49,883 nt of DNA, from the NCBI GenBank assembly GCA_964352635.1, contig CAYGSV010000001.1, forward strand, positions 1 through 49,883, given 5' to 3'. The position numbers and the translations under genes are program-made. This document shows positions 28,895 to 37,943 of this stretch, piece after piece. The notes under the pieces were generated by a model. It was not told the DNA's origin. It made no database searches and saw only the letters and a list, made by a program, of their open reading frames with translations. Numbering within the stretch: the stretch's first letter is position 1; every line of letters begins with the position of its first letter. This stretch comes from an uncultured Algimonas sp. (GTDB lineage Bacteria > Pseudomonadota > Alphaproteobacteria > Caulobacterales > Maricaulaceae).

Positions 28895-29200
28895 ATGCAA
28901 AATAAAAACAACATTTTAAACGAATTACTAGAAATAGAAGCAGCAATTTTTGATAAGCTCAATGCTGTCATTGCTGATGTTTCTATGGCGGATAGCGATG
29001 TCGATGCCCTCTCACTTCAATATGAGAAATGTATAAAAGCTGTCTTAGATTACTCTGCAACAACTTTAGAAGACGTAAGCCTTAAATGTGATTTTATTTT
29101 CAGAATGATCGGACGATCATTCCATGAGACAGACCTTTTAGAGGCCATGAAAGCGAGCCTTTTGAAAGACGTCGAACGTTTGTCAAAAGGTAAGCTTTAA
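28895..29200 (+). CDS. Small acidic helical hypothetical protein
   Basis: About 100-aa ORF filling the gap between luxR and the XRE gene; start uncertain (28862 or 28895). Confidence 0.6.
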   Translation: MQNKNNILNELLEIEAAIFDKLNAVIADVSMADSDVDALSLQYEKCIKAVLDYSATTLEDVSLKCDFIFRMIGRSFHETDLLEAMKASLLKDVERLSKGKL

Positions 29201-29202
29201 TA

Positions 29203-29577
29203 TTATTCAGTCGCCATTGCCTGACAAAGCTTAATCATCAAAGCGCGTTTAGAACTGTCTTCGATTTTTTTAAACGCCAACATTAGTTTCATATCTTGCG
29301 ACGTCGCCAAGCTGTTCGGAATAAGCGGCGCGGCCTTTTTTGAGCCCTGCTCGTCAGATAAAATATCGTCGAATAGAAAATTTGGTGAAATTTCAAAAAT
29401 TTCGCAAACCTGCCATAAGCGGCTAACAGAGATTTTATTGAGTCCATTCTCATATTTTTGAACTTGCTGATAGGTAATACCCATCTTTTTCGCGAGTTCT
29501 TTTTGAGAAATTTTACGTGACAATCGAAGCAGTTTTATCTGCTTCCCGATGTGGTTTTCAATTTCGTGTAAATCCAT
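29203..29577 (-). CDS. XRE-family HTH repressor, PraR/PhrR-like
   Basis: IGKQIKLLR...SQKELA..MGITYQQVQKYENGLNKISVSRL; start moved to ATG 29577 behind GGGGA. Confidence 0.88.
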   Translation of the reverse strand: MDLHEIENHIGKQIKLLRLSRKISQKELAKKMGITYQQVQKYENGLNKISVSRLWQVCEIFEISPNFLFDDILSDEQGSKKAAPLIPNSLATSQDMKLMLAFKKIEDSSKRALMIKLCQAMATE

Positions 29578-29984
29578 AACTATCCCCAAAACTCTTTCCA
29601 AAACTATTAAAACCACTTGGAACACAACCAAGTTAAATAGCGTCACATCCTAAATACGACGACGAATCGATTGGCGGATATTGGTGTAAAAATACTTAAT
29701 AAAAAATAAAAATACACCCCTTGGTTGTCGGTAATTTTCTAACAACAACTCAAATGTCTTCGTAGGGCTATCTCAGTCATACAAATATTCGAAACTGGAG
29801 TTTTTTACGTCACATGGTCAATCACAAAATTTCGATAAAGGCGATTAACCTGCTTCCAACATGACTATCAATAAGAACCACGAAGAACATAGGTGCTTAA
29901 TACAAAATACACTAATACAGTGCATTCATGAGAAATGGCGATAATCTTGCTCATTTATCATATATTAGAAGAGGAAGCCTCAAA

Positions 29985-30725
29985 ATGACAATTGAAGATA
30001 GTCTTAGTCAATTCTCTGATCGTATTACTGAAAAAGCTCTAAAGGCTGTCGCTTATCATCAATTAACCCCCCTCTCCATGATGGATGAAAATGACTGCGG
30101 CATTAGTTTTGCCGCGAAAAAGGAAAACGCACAGAGTAAATCCCATGATTATGGGCAGCTTGCCGTTGCCTATTATAAGAGTTGTTTCCCAAACCTTCAT
30201 CCGCTGACCTGCTCCCTAAAAGTACATCAGACAATCTCAGAAGCTCTAGATAAGAGCGCAAATGTGACACTGCTCTCTACATTTTCATCAGAGCATGACA
30301 CTCTTATTATACCAACATTCTCACCGCTAAACTGTGTCGGTATATTTGCATTAGATATTCAACAAGTGGCAAAAGAAAGCGCCAGTGTATTGAATGCCGC
30401 GAATCTCGTCGGACATATCTTAATGTTGGCCCAAGCCTGCCATGTAGATATTTGTAGAGCGCAGAGCGAAATAAATGCAGAAGCCATTAATCTGACAGAC
30501 CGTGAAAGAGAAATCTTACAATGGGTTGCGCGTGGAAAAAGTAATGGCGTCATCGCGCAAATTTTAGGGATTTCTGTGCACACAGTGACCGGCTACTTGC
30601 GGAATATCTATCTTAAAACTGAAACAAATGACCGTACGTCAGCCGCCATTTTAGCGATGCAACAAGGCTTACTTCATATGACAACGGCGTCAAATAATGA
30701 CGCCGCTATGGATATTGCAAGTTAA
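29985..30725 (+). CDS. Second LuxR-family regulator (degenerate autoinducer-binding domain + HTH)
   Basis: LTDREREILQWVARGKSNGVIAQILGISVHTV; start 29985 has GAGGA SD (alternative start 29928). Confidence 0.88.
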   Translation: MTIEDSLSQFSDRITEKALKAVAYHQLTPLSMMDENDCGISFAAKKENAQSKSHDYGQLAVAYYKSCFPNLHPLTCSLKVHQTISEALDKSANVTLLSTFSSEHDTLIIPTFSPLNCVGIFALDIQQVAKESASVLNAANLVGHILMLAQACHVDICRAQSEINAEAINLTDREREILQWVARGKSNGVIAQILGISVHTVTGYLRNIYLKTETNDRTSAAILAMQQGLLHMTTASNNDAAMDIAS

Positions 30726-30734
30726 ACTAGACGA

Positions 30735-33338
30735 CTAGAAACTACGTTTCAAACTCGCTGAGAATGTCGTGCCAATATCGTAGCCATCAATAACGACGGA
30801 TGATCCGTCCAATTCTTGGAAGGCTTCATAATCATCACCGAGAATGTTCTGAACCTTCAGGCCGAGTGAGTAATCTCCCTTACGGACTTGGAAATCATAA
30901 TTGAATACAAAATCAACGGTAAGCGGCAATTGCTCTATAATTGACGGCAAGCCATCTGCGGCTGACTCGACCGAGCGAATACGTTCAGACTGATAATTCA
31001 GCAATAACGTCGCTTCCATATTCTTATCATAATCTTTGATACCAAGCTGTAGGTTCGCCAAATGATCTGACTGTCCCTGGAGGCTACGCCCATCAGTATA
31101 AAGGCCTGAGGCAGCGATGGGATTAGGCGTTGCAATACCTGTCCCTGGATTAGGACTAATCCCCGCAAAAACAACATCGCCATCCGCACTCACAGAGGAT
31201 GTCGTCAATGTGTAGTTAGACCGCAGAATAAAATCTTTGTCACCCGTATCACTCGAAAGACCGATTTTTTCAAAAATATCTGCAAGCGCCCAACGACGTT
31301 CAAACTCGACTTCCATCCCATAAAGTTCGGCACTTGGCGCATTGATGAAGCCCGTCGAATTGGGTTGCGGCAAGGCATTGAAGTTAAATTCTTCGATAGG
31401 GTTCGTTAGGTCTTTATAGAACCCACCAATCGTGAAAAATTGGTTGGACGCAAAATAATACTCCAAACGCGCATCAATGTTCGTCGCTTCGGAATTGACC
31501 AAGAACGGGTTACCCACAAACTGTCCATTCGTTGCCGGGTTGATGAATACAGTCGGTGTTAATTCGCGGAATTGTGGACGGTTAATTGTCTTAGACGCCG
31601 CAAGACGTAACTGGAAACTATCCGCAAACGTATAGGTCAGCGTTGCCGCAGGCAGGAAGAAATCATCTTGCAGCTCTGGCAAAGTCACCAAAGGATCATC
31701 TGAGAAAGCAATACCAATTTGCGTTGTTTGGGTTGAGCTCTCAAAACGGCCACCGAGTGCAATACGCAACTCAGGTGTAATTTCTGTATCAAGACCCACA
31801 TAGCCCGCAATTGTTTTAAGCGAGGCTGATGACAAATCAGGGAACCCCACCGTCCCAAGACGGTCGATTTGTATGAGTCCAGCATCAAGTAAATCATCCG
31901 AGAAAAGAACATCTGGACGCAATGTGCCAAGGCTTGGATCAATGGTTCCACCTGTCCCACCGATATATCGGAAAAGGGACTGTTCTGTATCGCGTGACTT
32001 GTCGAGGTAAGCGCCGCCAAATTTCACATCAATCGTGCGGTCCCCAAAATCAACAGGAATCGTGATATCAAGGCCTGCGTCATAGGTATCATCATCCAAT
32101 GTTGTGAAGGTCAAACCATTTGAGTTTGTATCATTTTCGAGGAAGAAACCGTCCCCATCATTTTCAAAATCGATGAAACGCTCATAAGGCGCATCCCGTC
32201 CTGCGACTGAATATGAAGCCCGCCATGTGATTTCGGCATCATTGAGTGAAGAGATATAATGCTCGCCCAGAATTTGCCCCATATAGGCTTCGCGTTCGAA
32301 ATATTCATTTGTTTCACGACGAAAACTATCAAACTCTTGCGTGAAGCCTTCATTGACTTCTGAGCCAATCGTTGTTGAGCGAGTCATTAAAGCATTGAAA
32401 GTAACTTCATTATTTTCGTCAAATTCATATCCAACCGTCAAGAGACCGTTTAAACCAATGTCATTCGTGGTTGTGACTTCGGACAGACCTTCGACTAATT
32501 CAAGTCCATTTCCGCCGATACGCGCGACATTGCTAACCCCGCGTTGGGTTGTCCAGTCATTGGAATAGCCGAGCGTTGCTAATACACCCAGAGACCCACC
32601 ATTGTCGAAATCTTTGCGTGTACCGCCCGTCAGGCGCACAGCCCAATCGCCAGGGATTTGTGTTTCTGAAATGAGTAGGGTGTTGAAATTTTCAAAATTG
32701 CTGCCGGGTAAAACTTCACCATTCGCATCAAGTGGAGGTAGATCACGCAAACCATCATCAAAACCGAAGATATCATTATTGCTGCCCGATGTGATGAAGC
32801 CGTCTTTTGATGTTGTTTCAGTATTAGCAGCGCCGGAAATAGAAATATCAAAAAAGGATTCATTCGGAACTGAACGCGTGCTGAGCGCAATCGCGCCACC
32901 ACCAAATTCTCCACTCATTTCTGGGCGGAATGTTTTGGATACTACGACATCAGACAAAACAGAGGTCGGGAACAAATCCAGAGGCGCAACACGGCGTAGC
33001 GGTTCAGGAGACGGCAGCGGTGAACCGTTAATATTGGAGGATGTGTAGCGTTCGTTCAAACCACGGACAATTGCGAATTTCCCTTGCGACAAAGAAATAC
33101 CTGTCACGCGCGTAAGCGCCCCTGCGATATCGCCCGCGCCAATTGTTTCGAACATTTCTTCGTCTAAAACACTTGTTATTTCAGAGGTGATGCGTTTCTC
33201 ATTTGGAATAAAGACACCTGTAGAAACGACCTCATCTTGGACAACATCTGTAGTGGCATCCTGCGCATGAGCAGAAAAGCCTACGAGGCTTGATGTAATC
33301 ATCAAAAGAGAGAATTTTGTAAAATTAGATCTATGCAT
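30735..33338 (-). CDS. TonB-dependent outer-membrane receptor
   Basis: Signal peptide, plug motif ALTRVTGIS...VRGLNERY...PLDLFP, GNPFL barrel motif, terminal Phe. Confidence 0.93.
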   Translation of the reverse strand: MHRSNFTKFSLLMITSSLVGFSAHAQDATTDVVQDEVVSTGVFIPNEKRITSEITSVLDEEMFETIGAGDIAGALTRVTGISLSQGKFAIVRGLNERYTSSNINGSPLPSPEPLRRVAPLDLFPTSVLSDVVVSKTFRPEMSGEFGGGAIALSTRSVPNESFFDISISGAANTETTSKDGFITSGSNNDIFGFDDGLRDLPPLDANGEVLPGSNFENFNTLLISETQIPGDWAVRLTGGTRKDFDNGGSLGVLATLGYSNDWTTQRGVSNVARIGGNGLELVEGLSEVTTTNDIGLNGLLTVGYEFDENNEVTFNALMTRSTTIGSEVNEGFTQEFDSFRRETNEYFEREAYMGQILGEHYISSLNDAEITWRASYSVAGRDAPYERFIDFENDGDGFFLENDTNSNGLTFTTLDDDTYDAGLDITIPVDFGDRTIDVKFGGAYLDKSRDTEQSLFRYIGGTGGTIDPSLGTLRPDVLFSDDLLDAGLIQIDRLGTVGFPDLSSASLKTIAGYVGLDTEITPELRIALGGRFESSTQTTQIGIAFSDDPLVTLPELQDDFFLPAATLTYTFADSFQLRLAASKTINRPQFRELTPTVFINPATNGQFVGNPFLVNSEATNIDARLEYYFASNQFFTIGGFYKDLTNPIEEFNFNALPQPNSTGFINAPSAELYGMEVEFERRWALADIFEKIGLSSDTGDKDFILRSNYTLTTSSVSADGDVVFAGISPNPGTGIATPNPIAASGLYTDGRSLQGQSDHLANLQLGIKDYDKNMEATLLLNYQSERIRSVESAADGLPSIIEQLPLTVDFVFNYDFQVRKGDYSLGLKVQNILGDDYEAFQELDGSSVVIDGYDIGTTFSASLKRSF

Positions 33339-33365
33339 TTTTATCTTTCATCTAAATAGCAAAGC

Positions 33366-33397
33366 GGGTCAGTGGCGAGGTTAGCGACCACCGACCC
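33366..33397 (-). other. Intergenic hairpin between lipoprotein and TBDR
   Basis: Minus strand GGGTCGGTGG...CCACTGACCC followed by GCTTT. Confidence 0.5.
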
Positions 33398-33441
33398 TTC
33401 AGTTCGCCAATGACGAACTGATCCATGGGTAAGAAAACGTC

Positions 33442-36222
33442 TTATTGTGTAACCAATAGAGTCCAACCTTCGAACCAATCATCATCTGAATTTTCGACCG
33501 CGCCGATATAGTTTACGCTGTCAAAGAAACTATCGAGTGTAGAGGGGTCAGTGGCTGTAACGGCTTGCTCATTGGCTCCTGGAACAAAGCCCGTCAGTGT
33601 GCTGTCTTGCGTTGGTGTTTGTGCTTCACCATCCACATTGTTCACACCCGCAGCAAAAACGGCTGTCAATTCAGCATCGCTATCGCCGTCCTGACGCAGG
33701 CTCTCTGGACTGTCGACAACATATACGCTGTCAAAGCTAAGATTGCCTGCAGTCGCTTGCGCCGCCGTTTCAGATTGGTCGATATCAAGACCTGCTTCGC
33801 CGAAGCCAGAAACGATAGTGTTCACGATTGTGGCCGCTGTTCCTTCACGGACCAGAATACCAATATCTGTATTGTCTTGGCCGATAAGTGTGAGATTAGA
33901 GAGCGTTGGATTCGAACGTGGTAATAAGGTGTTATTGTCACCATTATTATCAGCTTCGATACCTTGGTCACCTGCATTTGAGGCCTGTTGAACAATCACA
34001 TATTGAACATTACCAGTCCAACCATCTGTCCAATCAAGGCTGTCATCTGCATTACCCGTCAGAACAACATATTTGGCATTCACTGTTCCGCCGAAGAACT
34101 CGATACCATCATCCGCATTATTGTGGACTTGGATATATTCAACCTGAGTGCCTGACCCCACACCTTGGAATGCAATACCGTTAAGCTCGTCATTATTATT
34201 GAGCTGATTACCCGCATAAGACACGCGGGTGTAGAATAGGTTGCCTGAGTTATCCGTTGCGCTGTTACCGCCAAAGAGACCCGACGCCCCTTCGCCGTCT
34301 TTTTCACAATCAGCTGAGCCGCCAACAACAGCCGCGTTACATGCATTGATAGGCGCACGTCCATTAATCACAAGTCCGCCCCATTGGCCGCGGTCATTCG
34401 CAGCATCAAAGCCGGTTTCTTGGAAGGCGTCTTGTTGGCTAGTCATGATAACGGGCGCCAAAGCCGTTCCGTTTGAACGAATTTGTGAGCCGCGACGGAC
34501 AACGAGGTAGTCATTACCTTCCGCACCGTAAAGTGTTGTGCCAGAGTCAATCGTCAATGTTGCAGACGCACCCGCATTTGGTGAGTTGGCATCACCGCCG
34601 AGATCATCACCTATAAATACAGAGCCTTGAATTTTATAAACGAAGTTATTGGTCAGACGCACATCTGTACCAATTGTTGTTGTCGTTCCCGACCCAAGCT
34701 GACACACATCTTTACCTTGTGCTGTCAATGATGTGGCTGTTGTGCCTGCTGGGCAAGTGGCTTCGACTTCGGGAAGAAGATTAAATGTCCACCCTGTCGC
34801 CCAGCTATTCTCTGGCGACTCATCACCACTAAAGGCGCCGATGTATGTGACATTATCAAGGCGTGTATCATTGGACAAATCACACGCGTCAATTCCAAGC
34901 TCGACTGGGCCTGGGAAGAAATCATCAGACAAGCTGTTTGTAATTTCTGCATTGTTTGCGCCATTATCAAAGAAAGCTTGGTTATCAAATGTTTCCGATC
35001 CGTCGCCTGAAACAACATTGGTTGGATTATCAAGGGCGAGAGATTCGACTGTCAGATTGCCCATTGAAGCACGCCCGATTGTCTCGGAGTTATCAATATC
35101 AAATCCACCTTCGCCAAAGCCAGCGACAACGCCGTTACAAATACGGGCATCCGTACCTTCACGCAGAAGGATACCAATGTCAGTATTAGCTGAGCCTTTA
35201 AAAGTGAAGTTTGCAATCGTTGGGTTAGAGCGCGGTGTCAGTGTGTTGTTGTCGCCATTATTATCAGCCTCAATACCTTGGTCACCGGAATTCTCGGCGT
35301 GCTCAATAACGACATATTGTGCGGATCCTGTCCAGCCATCTGTCCAATCGAGGCTGTCATCCGCATTACCTGTCAAAACAACATAGTTACAGCTAACTGT
35401 GCCGCCGAAAAACTCAATGCCATCATCCGCGTTGTTGTGGACTTGGATGTGATCACACTGCGTACCGGACCCAACGCCTTGAAACGCAATACCGTTCAAT
35501 TCGTCATTATTGTTAAGTTGATTACCCGCATAGCGTACCTGAACATATGAGAGTGTACCGCTATCATCAGCTGCTTGGTCACCACCAAAAAAGCCTGAAG
35601 CGCCTTCACCTGATTTTTGACATGTGGCTGACCCACCCGCAACCGCCGTATCACAAGAATTGATAGGCGCATTGCCATTGATAACAAGACCACCCCAAAG
35701 GCCACGACTATTAACAGGGTCAGCCGTACCTTCGATATCAGCCAAGGCTGTAAGAATGATGGGGTTATCGGCTGTTCCATTCGCTTCGATTTTAGATCCA
35801 CGTGTAATAACGAGGTAGTCATCACCGTCATCGGAGGCTCCAAAGAGTGTTGTGCCTGCTGGAATTGTCAGCGTTACGGATGTCATATTATCAACACCTA
35901 CAAATGTTGCGCCTTGAAGCGCATAGCCAATGCTTGCGTCCAAAGTAATATCTGCTGTGATGGCGCCATTCGTATTTGTGTCAATCACACAGACTTCCAC
36001 CATATCCGTGCCACTGCCAATTTCTTGCTTGGTCGTACCTGATGTACAGTCACCAGGCACCAAATCGATAGCAACGCCTGTTGGTGGTGGAGGCGGAGGA
36101 GAAGCAGGCGGATTAATAACAACTTGAGTATTGCCCGGTGTGGCAATATCGCCGCCGTCACAGGCCACCATTGCCAAAGCGGCCGTTGACGCCAATAAGA
36201 TATGCTTAACAGAGATTTTCAT
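33442..36222 (-). CDS. Large acidic lipoprotein with two tandem beta-helix-like domains
   Basis: Lipobox MVA-C21; duplicated blocks WGGLVINGxAPIN, NADDGIEFFGGTV, NADDSLDWTDGWTG, GDQGIEADN. Confidence 0.88.
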   Translation of the reverse strand: MKISVKHILLASTAALAMVACDGGDIATPGNTQVVINPPASPPPPPPTGVAIDLVPGDCTSGTTKQEIGSGTDMVEVCVIDTNTNGAITADITLDASIGYALQGATFVGVDNMTSVTLTIPAGTTLFGASDDGDDYLVITRGSKIEANGTADNPIILTALADIEGTADPVNSRGLWGGLVINGNAPINSCDTAVAGGSATCQKSGEGASGFFGGDQAADDSGTLSYVQVRYAGNQLNNNDELNGIAFQGVGSGTQCDHIQVHNNADDGIEFFGGTVSCNYVVLTGNADDSLDWTDGWTGSAQYVVIEHAENSGDQGIEADNNGDNNTLTPRSNPTIANFTFKGSANTDIGILLREGTDARICNGVVAGFGEGGFDIDNSETIGRASMGNLTVESLALDNPTNVVSGDGSETFDNQAFFDNGANNAEITNSLSDDFFPGPVELGIDACDLSNDTRLDNVTYIGAFSGDESPENSWATGWTFNLLPEVEATCPAGTTATSLTAQGKDVCQLGSGTTTTIGTDVRLTNNFVYKIQGSVFIGDDLGGDANSPNAGASATLTIDSGTTLYGAEGNDYLVVRRGSQIRSNGTALAPVIMTSQQDAFQETGFDAANDRGQWGGLVINGRAPINACNAAVVGGSADCEKDGEGASGLFGGNSATDNSGNLFYTRVSYAGNQLNNNDELNGIAFQGVGSGTQVEYIQVHNNADDGIEFFGGTVNAKYVVLTGNADDSLDWTDGWTGNVQYVIVQQASNAGDQGIEADNNGDNNTLLPRSNPTLSNLTLIGQDNTDIGILVREGTAATIVNTIVSGFGEAGLDIDQSETAAQATAGNLSFDSVYVVDSPESLRQDGDSDAELTAVFAAGVNNVDGEAQTPTQDSTLTGFVPGANEQAVTATDPSTLDSFFDSVNYIGAVENSDDDWFEGWTLLVTQ

Positions 36223-36306
36223 GGGTAACCCTCACCAAAGTAAAACTTTTGCAGGTGCGAATTCTCTTGATTAAGAATCTCTTTCACCTGCCTCTTCGAA
36301 GGGCAT

Positions 36307-36403
36307 GTGACAGCCTATTATGACAGACGCGTAATATGTTTATGTCAGGATATTGAAAATTTCGTGACGCTTTCGCTACATAAACGTAACAGGACTGTCA
36401 CAT
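36307..36403 (-). promoter_or_regulatory. Array of PHO-box-like heptamers at 11-bp period
   Basis: Minus-strand heptamers at 36320 CTGTCAT, 36331 ATATTAC, 36342 CTGACAT, 36353 TTTTCAA, 36364 GCGTCAC, 36375 ATGTAGC, 36386 CTGTTAC, 36397 ATGTGAC; out-of-phase CTGTCAC at 36307. Confidence 0.7.
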
Positions 36404-36426
36404 TTGAAATTGCAAAAAATTTGTAT

Positions 36427-36457
36427 AAAAAAAGGCCCTCTTTTTTCAAAGAGAGCC
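36427..36457 (-). terminator. Rho-independent terminator after TPR gene
   Basis: Minus strand GGCTCTCTTT-GAAA-AAAGAGGGCC-TTTTTTT. Confidence 0.75.
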
Positions 36458-36481
36458 CTCTAAAACTGAAATTTTATAAGT

Positions 36482-37066
36482 TTAAAGCGCAGACTCTAGC
36501 CGTCCGAGTTCTTCGCGTGGCGCGGCCCAATCAGGACGCATTTCTGCGGCTTCACTATAATAGCTCATGGCTGTACCCACATCACCCGAAAGCTCTTTCG
36601 TCATGGCCAAACCATACATAGCGAGGGGCGCAGCCCCTTCATGCGTGCGGCAGTCATTGAAGTAGTCAATGGCTGCTTGATAGTCTTTATCCATCATCGC
36701 CGCATAGCCTTGCCCCAAATAAGCAAGCTCATTTTCATCATTAAGTTTTGCCGCGAATTTAAAATCGCGCGCCGCTTTATCGAACCGACCTGCCGATAAT
36801 TGTAGTAATCCGCGCTGGGTCATAAGGCGTGATCTGATTTCATAATCAGGAATCGACGCTTTGTAAGCTTTAGAACAAGCGCGAATAGATCGACTTGAAG
36901 CGATTTGCATATCTGCGCCTAGACAATCCTGAATATTTTCAGCGGTTTCAACACTGATACCCGATAAGTCCGATGAGATATTTAAATCAGTAAAGACATC
37001 TTGGGCAAAAGCCGTCGACGCACTAAATGCTGTCACGGCCAAAGTCGTTATCATTAATTTTTTCAT
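36482..37066 (-). CDS. Exported tetratricopeptide-repeat protein
   Basis: Signal peptide MKKLMITTLAVTAFSASTAFA, about three TPR units; start 37066 behind AAGGAG. Confidence 0.85.
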   Translation of the reverse strand: MKKLMITTLAVTAFSASTAFAQDVFTDLNISSDLSGISVETAENIQDCLGADMQIASSRSIRACSKAYKASIPDYEIRSRLMTQRGLLQLSAGRFDKAARDFKFAAKLNDENELAYLGQGYAAMMDKDYQAAIDYFNDCRTHEGAAPLAMYGLAMTKELSGDVGTAMSYYSEAAEMRPDWAAPREELGRLESAL

Positions 37067-37150
37067 GGTGTGCTCCTTTTGAACATCACCAACGTTTTTC
37101 TTAAGACTGCTAACGTGCGCCGTTGGTCTACGCACAGCCGCCTAACCTCT

Positions 37151-37189
37151 GTGACAGTTTTATTACATCAAATGTTACAAAAGTGTCAA
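37151..37189 (-). promoter_or_regulatory. PHO-box-like site upstream of TPR gene
   Basis: Minus strand ATGTAAT-AAAA-CTGTCAC (37151-37168) with further TTGTAAC and TTGACAC units. Confidence 0.5.
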
Positions 37190-37229
37190 GAAACTGTTTT
37201 ATTTATTCACAGTCATAGACTTAAGGTAC

Positions 37230-37261
37230 AAAAAAGCCCTATTTCGTGAACGAAACAGGGC
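37230..37261 (-). terminator. Rho-independent terminator after tail-collar genes
   Basis: Minus strand GCCCTGTTTCG-TTCA-CGAAATAGGGC-TTTTTT. Confidence 0.8.
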
Positions 37262-37301
37262 ATATTAATGAACCTTACGGTTACGTTTTTATCGTGCGAC
37301 C

Positions 37302-37934
37302 TTAATTTCGCGATGGATAGACACCCGTCAAAGCGACGCAGGTTTTCATTACCAAATAGGGCTGCATATTATTATGCGCCAGACCTCCGCCTGTCGGTTC
37401 CACATACATCGTTTCTGGATTCATAAAACGCGCAGGATTACCCGGTGTCGAGGGATAGGGATTTGGATCCGTCCCTCTGACATAGCCATTCCCTTGATAG
37501 ACAGGAAACGCAGCACCCGCCGGTGAAGGCGAATTAGGCGGTTCAGCAACAGTTTTTATGGCCGCTCTATGGGTATGATTTGGCATTTGTGACGTCGATA
37601 GCGTCACTGTTTCAGTTCCAGATTTTTGCCCAATAGGCCGATTGGTTAGCCCAGACCCATTGCCTGCATGTACAGGCGCGCGCCCACGAAAGTCTGGCAA
37701 ACCAAATGTCGTCCGGCCATCACCGCCATAGAAGGTTCCATAAAGCGAAAATAAAGCGGTATTACTACTGATTGCTAAAAGAGAGCCATTCGCTTCCGCC
37801 CACCCTCGTGGACAAAAATTAAACCCAACGGTCATAATGTCGCCAACAAAGGGTTCCGCATCTGCGAAGGCGGGTGAAGCGACACCAAGACTGGATATAA
37901 ATAATGTTGCACTTAAAAGGAGTTTTTTAATCAT
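37302..37934 (-). CDS. Phage tail-collar domain protein (microcystin-dependent protein-like) with signal peptide
   Basis: PFVGDI..GFNFCPRGW..ANGSLL..ALFSLYGT.YGGDGRTTFGLPDFRGR; MPNHTH; HNNMQPY; N-terminal Sec signal ending AFA. Confidence 0.92.
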   Translation of the reverse strand: MIKKLLLSATLFISSLGVASPAFADAEPFVGDIMTVGFNFCPRGWAEANGSLLAISSNTALFSLYGTFYGGDGRTTFGLPDFRGRAPVHAGNGSGLTNRPIGQKSGTETVTLSTSQMPNHTHRAAIKTVAEPPNSPSPAGAAFPVYQGNGYVRGTDPNPYPSTPGNPARFMNPETMYVEPTGGGLAHNNMQPYLVMKTCVALTGVYPSRN

Positions 37935-37943
37935 AATAACCTC

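Noticed and set aside
27941-30725. Canonical AHL quorum-sensing locus
   Set aside because: No luxI in the window and the AHL-pocket residues look degenerate
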